From assembly GCA_964215915.1 (NCBI GenBank), contig CAXPEB010000094.1, forward strand, positions 535-64,534: a stretch of DNA of 64,000 nt, written 5' to 3'. A model generated the notes under the pieces. The model was not told the DNA's origin, did not search any database, and was given only the letters and a program-made list of their open reading frames with translations. Positions within the stretch are counted from its first letter, which is position 1. Each line of letters begins with the position of its first letter. A program made the translations under genes and the position numbers. Source of the DNA: Bacteroidia bacterium (GTDB taxonomy: Bacteria > Bacteroidota > Bacteroidia > UBA8524). Of the stretch, positions 1 through 9,097 are shown piece by piece.

Positions 1-1624
1 TTTCAAGTACTCTTTTCGTTTCTGAGCTATTCCTCTCCTGAAAATGATTATTGTGTTCCATATAATCAACATTTCTCTTTGAATCAATCCCCGGAAAGGC
101 CATTTGACTTTGAGCAAGTACCACCCCGTCGGAAGGATAGAACTTAAGACGCTGACGCCGGTATCCCATCGCTCCTGTGATCCGCGGATTACGTTTGCCC
201 GCACTGTTTCTTAATGCTTCTTCGTAGGTGCTGAACTGAAGCCTTGCTGTCCTCCAACCCGTTGAGGTGCCATACCTGGGATTCGTATTTCCATACGGTA
301 CTTCAAAACTCAGGTTATAAATACTGTCGTAAAACACCTCAAAAGAATCCCTGTGGTACGACCCGATCAAATACCTCCAATACGTATTGGCATTGTCCAG
401 AAACTCAACTGATTTTGTTCTTTGTGTGTTTTCTTTTTCTAGGTTCTGAATTATTCTGTTCAATACAAGGTGAGTACCCAGGACAATGACTATTTTGCCC
501 GCCAAAGGACCGAACCACGAAGCACTTCTTACGTTAGACAACGTCCGCATCCTGTTTTCGTTCTCCTGAATTTTCAGTGTGTGGATTGCCCGGACCATCT
601 CCATTTTTTGCATGAACTCCTCATCCGGCTGAGCTCCCCAAAGCGGATACTCTTCCGCCCCCTTAGTTACTACCTGATCCATCACCCTCCAGCATTCCGG
701 TTCATCTTCCACCCCATAAAAAGCCACCCGGTGTAATTTACCCCAATGGTTGTTAAGGTCCGTCATCATTGGACTTCCCGGCGCCATGGAATCCAGTGTG
801 GGCCAATGAACAGAAGATAACATCAACGGAGCCAGCTCATATTTAATTAGCGTATCTAAACGGGTCCTAAGGTCATACACTTTATTCCCGATAAAGGTCC
901 CGGCAAAACTGCCCGTCAGATCATATACCGCTTCATTGGCTTCATAAAGAATGATGGTACCGATCACTTCTGCCACAAAACCATAATGCTCTTCTTTTGT
1001 AAAGGCGACGTGGGCTCCGCCGTGCGGAGTACCGAAGGTAACCAGTCCATAGAATTCCCGGGTTCCAAAACTATAGGACCCCATATCCCATTTCCAATCG
1101 AGATAACGTGCTGCAATCCCACCTTGGCTATGAGCAATTACATAATCGTCATTCTGACAGCGCTCGGAATTATTTCTAATCGTATAAATCGCATCGGCAT
1201 TTTGAAAACCGGATTTGAGGTCCCCCTGCACCTTCTGACCTACCTGGAAAAAACTCACTTCATAACTTCCGGACCCATAATCCACTCCAAAGCAAGCCAC
1301 ATCATATTCACTATCTGTAAATTGAATCTGCTTATCCCAGGCAGCTATACTACCACCAAGTCCATGAACATAGGCCACACCCCGCAGGTTATTCTGTCGG
1401 TTCGCACAAGGATCAAACATCGTAAATGGCACGTAAACCGGTAAATTACCTGTGTTGGGACTTACCGTACTATCAACAGGTTTTTGCAGAAAAAGCAGGT
1501 TCTCCGAGGAATACATATCCTGGGTGCAATACACCTCTGTCTGCGCATTGAGGGAGAGAATGGTGGTAAAGCCTGCCAACAGGCCCACCCCTCGCTTCAT
1601 GGGTTTCATAATCTGAATTTTCAT
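1..1624 (-). CDS. secreted alpha/beta-hydrolase (lipase-like), partial; C-terminus lies beyond the window start
   Basis: Absent from the ORF track because it is open at the window edge. My reverse-strand translation from ATG at 1624 runs uninterrupted to position 2. It shows MKIQIMKPMKRGVGLLAGFTTILSLNAQ (signal peptide), VAYVHGLGGS, and DDYVIAHSQGGIAARYL (GxSxG nucleophile elbow). Confidence 0.7.
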   Translation of the reverse strand, partial: MKIQIMKPMKRGVGLLAGFTTILSLNAQTEVYCTQDMYSSENLLFLQKPVDSTVSPNTGNLPVYVPFTMFDPCANRQNNLRGVAYVHGLGGSIAAWDKQIQFTDSEYDVACFGVDYGSGSYEVSFFQVGQKVQGDLKSGFQNADAIYTIRNNSERCQNDDYVIAHSQGGIAARYLDWKWDMGSYSFGTREFYGLVTFGTPHGGAHVAFTKEEHYGFVAEVIGTIILYEANEAVYDLTGSFAGTFIGNKVYDLRTRLDTLIKYELAPLMLSSVHWPTLDSMAPGSPMMTDLNNHWGKLHRVAFYGVEDEPECWRVMDQVVTKGAEEYPLWGAQPDEEFMQKMEMVRAIHTLKIQENENRMRTLSNVRSASWFGPLAGKIVIVLGTHLVLNRIIQNLEKENTQRTKSVEFLDNANTYWRYLIGSYHRDSFEVFYDSIYNLSFEVPYGNTNPRYGTSTGWRTARLQFSTYEEALRNSAGKRNPRITGAMGYRRQRLKFYPSDGVVLAQSQMAFPGIDSKRNVDYMEHNNHFQERNSSETKRVLE

Positions 1625-1651
1625 ATTGGTTCCTTTTTGGTTTTCTATTTA

Positions 1652-2809
1652 TCAAAAAGCCTTTCCGGTATCCGGTTTAACTACCTTATGCAATACCTGC
1701 CTTCCGCTTTTCTTATCCAGCACCTGTACCAGGTATAAACCGGCACTTACCTCCGGAAACGCAATGGGTGTCCCCTCAGTAACCTCCTGCCTGCCCAGCA
1801 GTTTTCCATTCAGATCATAAACCGCGATATGCAGGATCTGCCCTTTGTGTTTCTCACTTTGAATAATAAAATCACCGGTACCCGGAATACTGTGAATACT
1901 ATAGTCACCACCTGCTTTCATACTATATTCCGTCCCCTCTGCCTGCATGGGTTGGATCAGGTGTCGGTATGCTGCATTTACTTCTCTACGAAAATGTTCC
2001 CGGGTAATTATGGTTGTCTTCAGAATGCAACACCCCTTTTCGGTATGGAACCACTCACTGATAATTTCCTGCAGTGGAGCATAACCACTACCATCCTCGG
2101 TAAGATCATACAGGATCACCGTTTCCTTTTTCCGGTTTTCATGTACCCAGTCGTATTCCGTAACCACAAGCAGTTTCCGGTTATGATCATACAAAAGCGT
2201 TGCGCTATCAAGCTCGGCAGTCAGTATACCCGACTGATTTGCCAGACGGTGCACTGGAACAGGTGAATTTTGCAGCTCAGAGACAAGATTTCCGTAATAC
2301 GCATCATCAAGCACAAAGTGCTGATAATTGACCCCTTCTTCAATCCGCATATAAACCCGGGGCTCCGGGTTAGCGGAATTCGACAACTCCTCCCGGTTAA
2401 AACGGAACAACAGCTTATCGTCTGTTCCGTATACTTCATACGTTTCCTTTCCCAGAACAACGCGGGTATACGGTTCCATCCAATTATCCCGGATGTCTTG
2501 CTCAAACAGGATTCGTTTGTCGGTAAGCAGTTCCCCATCCCGGTCCACATACTGCGTCATAAAAATGTCTTGCCTGAAGGCATGGTAACGCGACAATTCA
2601 CCCAGTGTAAGGCAATTTCTACCGTAAGGAGCAGGATTAGGACCCGTTTCAGCGGGTTCGAAACGTCCGGCAGCACCTGCTGCCATTTCGAAGCTTACCT
2701 GCTTCCGTTCAAGGTAAGTAACTTTAGTAATGTAGTCTTCCGGCAATTGTGCCGACGCCTGTTGGCCAATGCTCAAACACAGGCCCAGGAATAACAAGGT
2801 TGATTTCAT
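1652..2809 (-). CDS. secreted protein with T9SS type A C-terminal sorting domain
   Basis: N-terminal signal peptide MKSTLLFLGLCLSIGQQASAQ. The C-terminal ~80 aa (ILHIAVYDLNGKLLGRQEV...AGLYLVQVLDKKSGRQVLHKVVK) matches the Por/T9SS CTD pattern. Confidence 0.75.
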   Translation of the reverse strand: MKSTLLFLGLCLSIGQQASAQLPEDYITKVTYLERKQVSFEMAAGAAGRFEPAETGPNPAPYGRNCLTLGELSRYHAFRQDIFMTQYVDRDGELLTDKRILFEQDIRDNWMEPYTRVVLGKETYEVYGTDDKLLFRFNREELSNSANPEPRVYMRIEEGVNYQHFVLDDAYYGNLVSELQNSPVPVHRLANQSGILTAELDSATLLYDHNRKLLVVTEYDWVHENRKKETVILYDLTEDGSGYAPLQEIISEWFHTEKGCCILKTTIITREHFRREVNAAYRHLIQPMQAEGTEYSMKAGGDYSIHSIPGTGDFIIQSEKHKGQILHIAVYDLNGKLLGRQEVTEGTPIAFPEVSAGLYLVQVLDKKSGRQVLHKVVKPDTGKAF

Positions 2810-3138
2810 ATTGGTTCATGATAGATTTATTAGGTAGCCCCGAACATCTTCTGTCCGGAACAGGATTAGTCGCTGTAAAATCTGGGGGTAAAATTGCGGC
2901 ACTTAGGGGAGTGATTCAGGCTACTTAAGCCTGTGCACAAGCGTGTCCGGGAATCAAACCTACTCGCTTATTTCGGTTTGTTCAAGCAGATATGGATGCC
3001 ACAGGTGAATTAGTATAAGAAAGTAGGTCGGCACTTCCATGGAGCCCCAAGGGATTGGGAAATTGTATTCAAGGCCAGACTGTTACTTCAACAGACAAAG
3101 CCGATAACCTGTCAGTCATACGGCTCAAGTATGGACAT

Positions 3139-3177
3139 AAAAAAACCCGGTAACAAACGTGCTACCGGGTCTTTTTG
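3139..3177 (-). terminator. rho-independent terminator downstream of tsf
   Basis: 8-bp stem acccggta/taccgggt (3145-3152 and 3163-3170) with a 10-nt loop. On the minus strand it is followed by a T-run (A-run 3139-3145 on plus). It lies 19 nt past the tsf stop. Confidence 0.6.
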
Positions 3178-3195
3178 AATATTGGTGTTTACGGA

Positions 3196-4032
3196 TTAAC
3201 CGATCGTTGCCCGAATAAAGGCAGTAATAGTCAGTCCGTTTTCTGCGTTGTCCAGCATTTTGCCAACGGTAATGGAACCGTCTTTCACAAAATCCTGGTT
3301 CAGCAGGGTATTTTCCTTGTAGAACTTGTTGAGTTTACCCATGGCAATTTTCTCAAGCATTGCTTCAGGTTTACCTTCGGTACGCGCCTGCTCTTTTCCG
3401 ATTTCTATCTCACGCTTAACCAGTTCAACATCCACATCGTCTTTGTCAACCGCTACGGGCGACAAAGCAGCGACTTGCATGGCAGCATCTTTTCCTGCTT
3501 CTTCTACAGCAGGGTTGAGGGCCTTATTCATCGCTACCAGCACCGCAATTTTCCGGTTACTGTGGATATAAGGCACTACGCTCTCTCCGCTAAGAACATG
3601 AAGCTTGGAAAGGTCGATCTTCTCTCCGATTTTTCCGATAAGGTCGGTAATGTGATCGGCAATGCTGCGACCCTCAATAGCGGCTGCTTTGAGAGCATCC
3701 AGGTCATTGGCTCCATTCTCAAGAGCTACCTGAGCTACTTTCTCGGCAAAACCAACGAATTCATCGTTTTTAGCTACGAAGTCGGTTTCGCAGTTCAGCT
3801 CCACAATCACTCCGGTTGTATTGTCGGAAGATGTCATGGCCACTACCACACCTTCTGCCGCTTCACGGGCAGCACGGCTGGCGGAAACTTTCTGACCTTT
3901 TTTTCTCAGGATATCAACGGCTTTTTCAAAATCGCCTTCGGCTTCCACCAGGGCTTTTTTGCAGTCCATGATCCCTACGCCGGTCATCTGGCGTAGTTTG
4001 TTAACGTCTTGTGCAGTTATTGTTGCGCTCAT
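3196..4032 (-). CDS. tsf: translation elongation factor Ts
   Basis: MSATITAQDVNKLRQMTGVGIMDCKKALVEAEGDFEKAVDILRKKG is the canonical EF-Ts UBA-like N-terminus. The gene sits directly downstream of rpsB. Confidence 0.97.
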   Translation of the reverse strand: MSATITAQDVNKLRQMTGVGIMDCKKALVEAEGDFEKAVDILRKKGQKVSASRAAREAAEGVVVAMTSSDNTTGVIVELNCETDFVAKNDEFVGFAEKVAQVALENGANDLDALKAAAIEGRSIADHITDLIGKIGEKIDLSKLHVLSGESVVPYIHSNRKIAVLVAMNKALNPAVEEAGKDAAMQVAALSPVAVDKDDVDVELVKREIEIGKEQARTEGKPEAMLEKIAMGKLNKFYKENTLLNQDFVKDGSITVGKMLDNAENGLTITAFIRATIG

Positions 4033-4066
4033 TCCTCAAAAATCCTTACTCTGTTTAACCTTGTGA

Positions 4067-4831
4067 TTAAGCTTCAGCAGCTTCTTCTTTCGCAGAATTA
4101 TCTTCACCCTGCTTTTGTGCTTCCATCTCCTCACGCTCCTTTTTGCGTTCGCTGAGTCCTTCGGCAATTGCCTCGGTTACCAGTCGGGTGACGATGGAAA
4201 TTGATTTGGCTGCGTCATCATTGGCCGGGATAGGGAAGTCGATGTTACTGGGATCCGAGTTTGTATCGCAGATAGCGAATACCGGGATGTTCAGTTTCAT
4301 GGCTTCTTTTACGGCGATGTGCTCACGCTTTACGTCCACAATAAAAAGAGCTGCAGGCAGACGATTAAGGTCAGCAATACCACCGAGTACCCGTTGCAGC
4401 TTGATTTTCTCACGCTGGAACTGGAGACGCTCACGCTTGGAAATATTATCGAAAGTCCCGTCGCTGGTCAGTTTGTCGATGTTCTGCATTTTTTTGATCG
4501 ACTTACGCACGGTAGCGAAGTTGGTCAGCATTCCACCGAGCCAACGCTCTGTAACGTAGGGCATTTTAACGCGCTCGGCTTCATTAGCCACGATTTCCTT
4601 AGCCTGTTTTTTGGTAGCTACATAAAGCACCTTACGGCCGGACTTAACGATATTTTTAATGGCAGACTGGGCTTCATCCAGTTTAGCTGCCGTTTTGTTC
4701 AGATCGATAATATGGATACCGTTCTGCTCCATAAAAATGAACGGTGCCATTTTCGGATGCCATTTTTGGGTAAGGTGACCGAAGTGCACCCCGGCATCCA
4801 GTAATTCCTGAATATTGATTTGCGATGACAT
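4067..4831 (-). CDS. rpsB: 30S ribosomal protein S2
   Basis: LLDAGVHFGHLTQKWHPKMAPFIF...GIHIIDL signature, with an acidic C-terminal tail. Confidence 0.97.
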   Translation of the reverse strand: MSSQINIQELLDAGVHFGHLTQKWHPKMAPFIFMEQNGIHIIDLNKTAAKLDEAQSAIKNIVKSGRKVLYVATKKQAKEIVANEAERVKMPYVTERWLGGMLTNFATVRKSIKKMQNIDKLTSDGTFDNISKRERLQFQREKIKLQRVLGGIADLNRLPAALFIVDVKREHIAVKEAMKLNIPVFAICDTNSDPSNIDFPIPANDDAAKSISIVTRLVTEAIAEGLSERKKEREEMEAQKQGEDNSAKEEAAEA

Positions 4832-4849
4832 GTTTTCCGTGCTGATAAA

Positions 4850-5236
4850 TTAACGTTTGCTGAATTGGAATCTTCTTCTGGCCTTGCGCTGACCCGGCTT
4901 CTTCCTTTCCACCATGCGCGAATCACGGGTGAGGAGTCCGAAGGGTTTCAATGCTGCGCGGTACTCGGGGTTAATTTCCACGAGTGCCTTGCTAATGGCC
5001 AGGCGAATTGCCTGTGCTTGTCCGGTAAAACCGCCTCCATCAACATTCACTTTAACATCATATTTTCCGAGGTTTTCAGTTTTGCTGAGTGGAAGAGTCA
5101 CCTCGTACTGAAGCAGTGGCGAGGGGAAATAGGCCTCCAGCTTTTTGCTGTTGATCTCAATCTTACCCTCTCCCGGTTGAAGATACACACGCGCTACGGC
5201 GGTCTTTCTTCTGCCTGATGTGTTGGTCACTTCCAT
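4850..5236 (-). CDS. rpsI: 30S ribosomal protein S9
   Basis: [12 protein letters not shown]...[19 protein letters not shown]...[18 protein letters not shown]. Confidence 0.97.
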   Translation of the reverse strand: MEVTNTSGRRKTAVARVYLQPGEGKIEINSKKLEAYFPSPLLQYEVTLPLSKTENLGKYDVKVNVDGGGFTGQAQAIRLAISKALVEINPEYRAALKPFGLLTRDSRMVERKKPGQRKARRRFQFSKR

Positions 5237-5246
5237 TTAGTATATA

Positions 5247-5690
5247 TTACAGTTTGTATTCTTTCGGTTGTTGTGCTTCGTGCTTGTGCTCATTGCCCGC
5301 ATAAACATGCAGGTTGGTGAATACCGCACGACCAAGACGATTTTTAGGCAACATACCTTTAACCGCGATCTCGATCATAGAGGTGGGTTTGCGCTCCATC
5401 TGGTCTTTAGCGATGGTTACCTTACGCCCTCCCGGATACCCGGAATAGGTCTGGTACTCTTTGCTATTCCATTTGTCGCCTGTCAACTTCACCTTGTCGG
5501 CATTGATCACGATCACATAGTCGCCGCAATCCGCATGCGGGGTGAAATTTGTCTTGTGTTTGCCACGCAAAAGTTTGGCAATTTCGGATGACAGCCGCCC
5601 AAGAGTCTTATCCTCGGCATTGATAAGGAGCCATTGCTTGTCGGCATTTTCCTTATTGGCTGAAATTGTCTTATAACTAAGGGTATTCAC
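5247..5690 (-). CDS. rplM: 50S ribosomal protein L13 (GTG start)
   Basis: TLSYKT...[29 protein letters not shown]...MLPKNRLGR. The start codon at 5688-5690 reads cac on plus, which is GTG. Confidence 0.96.
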   Translation of the reverse strand: MNTLSYKTISANKENADKQWLLINAEDKTLGRLSSEIAKLLRGKHKTNFTPHADCGDYVIVINADKVKLTGDKWNSKEYQTYSGYPGGRKVTIAKDQMERKPTSMIEIAVKGMLPKNRLGRAVFTNLHVYAGNEHKHEAQQPKEYKL

Positions 5691-5724
5691 AGCTCTTTGT
5701 TAATAATTGTTCTTAAAAGGACGG

Positions 5725-5732
5725 CAAAGGTA
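5725..5732 (-). promoter_or_regulatory. Bacteroidota -7 promoter box TAccTTTG upstream of rplM-rpsI-rpsB-tsf
   Basis: Plus strand caaaggta is TACCTTTG on minus, an exact match to TAnnTTTG. It lies 34 nt upstream of the rplM start, and a TTG sits about 20 nt further upstream. Confidence 0.45.
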
Positions 5733-5849
5733 CAATGCCGTTTCATTAAAAACAAGAGGATACGACTTACCTGAACAACTCACGATTTGCCCTCTTTTGC
5801 CAAAACAGGCTCTACAAACAGAAGCGATTCCATTCTGTGAGGTCACGGA

Positions 5850-6344
5850 TTAATTGTTCACATACAGAGTGTTTCCCTGACGGCTCACAGAGAACGGACG
5901 CATGGGGGAAGTGGCTGGACCTTGCAGAGGGAAGCCTGTAGGGAGTTCGTAACGACTGTCGCAGCACTTGGTATACCCGTTCGCATCATAAGTGCCGCAA
6001 TACATAGCCTGGTTGGTACTGCTATCCACCCAAAGCTGTGAGCAATCGTCGAGCGGCTGATACGCACAGGTGCGGTCGAACGCATAATACTGATCGTCAT
6101 AGCCATGATAAACCACAACACCACGATACCCCCCTTGGAAATACTGGAAACTACCCGGAACGGTAAGATCAAAATAGGCAGGAAGATCCAGATTGATCAC
6201 CAGGCTCACCGGTGCATTGGGAATGGTGGTGGTATTATTTCCTTTGTCTCCGCAGGATTCCAGCATCCATAAGCCGGAAAAAGAAAAACAGCCTAGCAGA
6301 ACCAGGGAAAATACACGACGAAAATAATTCATGATCTTATTCAT
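5850..6344 (-). CDS. lipoprotein with Rieske-like fold lacking the His ligands
   Basis: I shortened the track ORF (5850..6449) to Met36 because the long form overlaps the upstream hbd-like gene by >100 nt. The N-terminus MNKIMNYFRRVFSLVLLGCFSFSGLWMLESC carries a lipobox. The C-terminal part resembles a Rieske domain (YYAFDRTCAY...CCDSRYELPTGFPLQGPA). Confidence 0.55.
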   Translation of the reverse strand: MNKIMNYFRRVFSLVLLGCFSFSGLWMLESCGDKGNNTTTIPNAPVSLVINLDLPAYFDLTVPGSFQYFQGGYRGVVVYHGYDDQYYAFDRTCAYQPLDDCSQLWVDSSTNQAMYCGTYDANGYTKCCDSRYELPTGFPLQGPATSPMRPFSVSRQGNTLYVNN

Positions 6345-7179
6345 AACGGTAAAACCCTCTTCCGGATTTTCTCCCATGGTGACCGGCATCCACTTTTTGT
6401 TGCTGAATGCGGCTGGGTCTGAATTTTCCATCCTGGTGGAACAAGGCATACATGCTTGATGTCACGGAAAAATTGGTGTCCACGCCTATCAGATCCATTA
6501 GGCGGAAAGGCCCCATTTTGAACCCGATATTCTCCATTAGCGTATCGATACCTTCATGATCACTGACCTGCTCCTCCAATACTTTTAGCCCCTCCACATA
6601 AAAATGACGAGCCACCCGGTTCACAATAAAGCCGGGAGCGTCCTTCGCCCTTACCGGGGTCTTTCCCACGGAACGGATCAACTCCACACAGCGTTGTGCC
6701 ACTCCTTCATCCGTATGGGCTCCGGAAATGATCTCAACCAACTTCATGATATGTGCAGGATTGAAAAAGTGCACCCCCACCACTCTTTCCGGATTCGGAA
6801 CGGCAGCAGCAATTTGTGTGATAGGTATGGATGAAGTATTGGTCGCAAAAATGGTATCCTCCGGGTTTTGCGAGGCGAGGCGGGTAAACAGATCTACTTT
6901 CAGATCGGGTTTTTCAAGAATGGCTTCAATGATAAAATCCGCTTGCAGCTCTTCAAATACCGTGGTGAATTTCATTCGCCCGCGTGCAGCCTCTGCATCT
7001 TCCCGGCTCAGCTTCCCGATCTCCACCGCCTTGTTCAGATTGCGTTCGATGGTTTTCTCAGACCGCTCCACCGATTGGGTATAGATATCATATACCAGGG
7101 TTTCGTAACCGGCTGCGGCAAAAACCTGGGCCATCCCGCTCCCCATGGTTCCCGCCCCCACAACTGCAATTTTCATCAT
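6337..7179 (-). CDS. 3-hydroxybutyryl-CoA / 3-hydroxyacyl-CoA dehydrogenase
   Basis: MMKIAVVGAGTMGSGMAQVFA (GxGxxG Rossmann loop), TNTSS, GVHFFNPAHIMKLVEI (catalytic His motif), and GFIVNR. Confidence 0.85.
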   Translation of the reverse strand: MMKIAVVGAGTMGSGMAQVFAAAGYETLVYDIYTQSVERSEKTIERNLNKAVEIGKLSREDAEAARGRMKFTTVFEELQADFIIEAILEKPDLKVDLFTRLASQNPEDTIFATNTSSIPITQIAAAVPNPERVVGVHFFNPAHIMKLVEIISGAHTDEGVAQRCVELIRSVGKTPVRAKDAPGFIVNRVARHFYVEGLKVLEEQVSDHEGIDTLMENIGFKMGPFRLMDLIGVDTNFSVTSSMYALFHQDGKFRPSRIQQQKVDAGHHGRKSGRGFYRYE

Positions 7180-7244
7180 ACGGCAAATATAGGGCAGAGC
7201 ATAGTGGAGTAGAAATCCGATCCGGAATCGCTTATATTAATGAA

Positions 7245-7271
7245 AACAAAAAAACCGCCCTAAGGCGGTTT
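7245..7271 (-). terminator. rho-independent terminator downstream of ald
   Basis: Stem aaccgcc/ggcggtt (7253-7259 and 7264-7270) with a 4-nt loop. On the minus strand a T-run follows (A-run 7245-7254 on plus). Confidence 0.65.
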
Positions 7272-7321
7272 ATACGGTTATCCATACACGAAGAAAATCC
7301 TCCGCGACGTCATTCTACTTA

Positions 7322-8452
7322 TTAGGCGAGGGCTACTTCGTTCAGCACTTCGTCAACCGGTGTATAAGGCAGGTTGAAGGCTTCAGAAACTCCTTCATAT
7401 ACCACTTTACCGTTCACGATATTCAATCCCAAACGCAGCTCAGCATTGTCTCTGCAAGCCTGCTTCCAGCCCTTGTTCGCCAATTGCAGGGCGTATGGCA
7501 AAGTAGCATTAGTCAGCGCCAGGGTAGAAGTATAAGGCACTGCACCCGGCATGTTCGCCACACAGTAGTGGATTACATCATCAATCACAAAAATAGGCTC
7601 AGCATGCGTGGTCGGGCGGGAAGTTTCGAAACATCCTCCCTGATCAATAGCCACGTCTACGATAACGGCCCCTTTCTTCATGGTAGGGAGCATATCGCGG
7701 GTGATCAGTTTCGGTGCCTTGGCTCCCGGGATCAGAACACCACCGATAACCAGGTCGGCAGTTTTAACAGCCTCGCGAACATTGTATTCGTTACTGAATT
7801 CGGTTTTTACGTTCTTCTCCATGATATCGTCCAGCTGACGCAGACGGGGAAGAGAGATATCCATCATGGTAACATCGGCACCCATTCCTGCAGCCATTTT
7901 AGCCGCCTGTGTACCCACGATTCCACCACCGAGTACTACTACCTCGGCAGGCTTCACTCCAGGTACTCCTCCTAGAAGAATACCACGACCGCCCATAGGC
8001 TTCTCGAGGTATTTGGCGCCTTCCTGAACAGACATACGTCCGGCCACTTCACTCATCGGTACGAGCAGCGGCAGAGAGCGGTCTGCTTTTTCCACGGTTT
8101 CATACGCCAGGCACACCGCACCTGAAGCTATCATGGCATCGGTGAGCTTCTCATAGGAGGCAAAATGGAAATAGGTGAACAACAGTTGATCTTTTTTGAT
8201 CAGGGGATATTCACTTTCGATCGGCTCTTTCACCTTGATGATCATCTCAGCAATGGCGTAAGTCTCCTCGATGGTAGGGAGCAATTGTGCCCCAGCTTCT
8301 ACATATTCTTCATCGGCAAAGCCACTTCCGAGGCCAGCGGTAGATTGCACATACACGGTATGCCCGCGCTTCACAAATTCCTGAACACCCGCCGGCGTCA
8401 ATGCCACGCGGTTTTCGTTGTTCTTGATCTCTTTTGGTACTCCTATGATCAT
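7322..8452 (-). CDS. ald: alanine dehydrogenase
   Basis: MIIGVPKEIKNNENRVALTPAGV, IIKVKEP, FTYFHFA and VDVAIDQGGCFETSRPTTH carry the canonical AlaDH residues (Arg, Lys, His, Asp). The start was moved to Met16 of the track ORF because an exact -7 box lies between the two candidate starts. Confidence 0.9.
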   Translation of the reverse strand: MIIGVPKEIKNNENRVALTPAGVQEFVKRGHTVYVQSTAGLGSGFADEEYVEAGAQLLPTIEETYAIAEMIIKVKEPIESEYPLIKKDQLLFTYFHFASYEKLTDAMIASGAVCLAYETVEKADRSLPLLVPMSEVAGRMSVQEGAKYLEKPMGGRGILLGGVPGVKPAEVVVLGGGIVGTQAAKMAAGMGADVTMMDISLPRLRQLDDIMEKNVKTEFSNEYNVREAVKTADLVIGGVLIPGAKAPKLITRDMLPTMKKGAVIVDVAIDQGGCFETSRPTTHAEPIFVIDDVIHYCVANMPGAVPYTSTLALTNATLPYALQLANKGWKQACRDNAELRLGLNIVNGKVVYEGVSEAFNLPYTPVDEVLNEVALA

Positions 8453-8470
8453 GACATTCTTAAAAGTGCG

Positions 8471-8478
8471 CAAATATA
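8471..8478 (-). promoter_or_regulatory. -7 promoter box TAtaTTTG upstream of ald
   Basis: Plus strand caaatata is TATATTTG on minus. It lies 18 nt upstream of ATG 8452. Confidence 0.45.
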
Positions 8479-8663
8479 TAAGATAGATACCAGACAAAAG
8501 ATACCGTAAATTCAGAGATCGTCGGAAAGGAGCAATTTTTAGTCCCTACCCCTCTGTTGACAAGGGATACCCCGCTATCTGCCTAGCCATTTTTTAGGTA
8601 ACAACCCCCTTTTGTCCATTCCGATTACCAACTGCGAATTGCCGCAGACCTTCCGGAAACGGC

Positions 8664-9044
8664 TTACTTAACGGCTACCACACTGATCTCCACATTCACA
8701 CTTTTGGGCAATTCTTTCACCGCTACCGTTTCGCGTGCCGGAAAATCCGAGCTGAAATACCCAGCATATACCTCATTCACTTGTTGGAACAGTTTCATAT
8801 CCGATAAGAAGATTGAGGACTTTACCACATGGCCCAGATCCATATCCGCCTCATTCAATACGGCTTTGATATTGGCCATTACCTGGTGGGTTTCTTCTTC
8901 AATTGTGGCATTTTTCAATTGTCCGCTTTGAGGATCGATGGCGATCTGCCCGCTGCAGTACAAGACTCCATTTACCAGTACTGCCTGACTGTATGGACCG
9001 ATAGGGGCGGGAGCATTCCCGGAAGTTATGATGCGTTTTTCCAT
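8664..9044 (-). CDS. ridA: RidA/YjgF-family reactive intermediate deaminase
   Basis: MEKRIITSGNAPAPIGPYSQAVLVNGVLYCSGQIAIDP...ARETVAVKELPKSVNVEISVVA. The 126-aa length is typical of RidA. A longer form starting at 9158 is discussed in the findings. Confidence 0.8.
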   Translation of the reverse strand: MEKRIITSGNAPAPIGPYSQAVLVNGVLYCSGQIAIDPQSGQLKNATIEEETHQVMANIKAVLNEADMDLGHVVKSSIFLSDMKLFQQVNEVYAGYFSSDFPARETVAVKELPKSVNVEISVVAVK

Positions 9045-9064
9045 GACTGTTCTGTTGTGTTCAT

Positions 9065-9072
9065 TATTTTTG
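9065..9072 (+). promoter_or_regulatory. -7 promoter box TAttTTTG upstream of the 9098 gene
   Basis: Exact TAnnTTTG match 25 nt upstream of ATG 9098. Confidence 0.4.
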
Positions 9073-9097
9073 CGATCCGACAACGCACTATTCCCAC

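Noticed and set aside
2810-3138. tmRNA, RNase P RNA, SRP RNA or tRNA in the long spacer
   Set aside because: I looked on both strands for several signatures: the GGAAAGUCCGG and ACAGAACCCGGCUUA-type RNase P blocks, the tmRNA tag-reading-frame/T-arm/CCA end, the SRP GGAA-tetraloop domain IV, and a tRNA cloverleaf. None was present. It is kept only as a low-interest unexplained spacer.
3175-3996. 273-aa ORF on the plus strand covering almost all of tsf
   Set aside because: It is exactly antisense to an unmistakable EF-Ts gene. Its translation is low-complexity (F/G/H/V-rich) with no recognisable motif. I read it as a mirror-frame artefact.
8453-8497. Longer N-terminal extensions offered by the ORF track. 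They affect ald (8497), the T9SS protein (22233), the barrel protein (23843), the sigma factor (24354), the vWA protein (24386), pth (42862), the 42944 ORF and the 47412 ORF.
   Set aside because: The extensions lack homology-consistent sequence. They overlap neighbouring genes or run through exact -7 promoter boxes. An internal Met restores a canonical N-terminus or signal peptide in each case.
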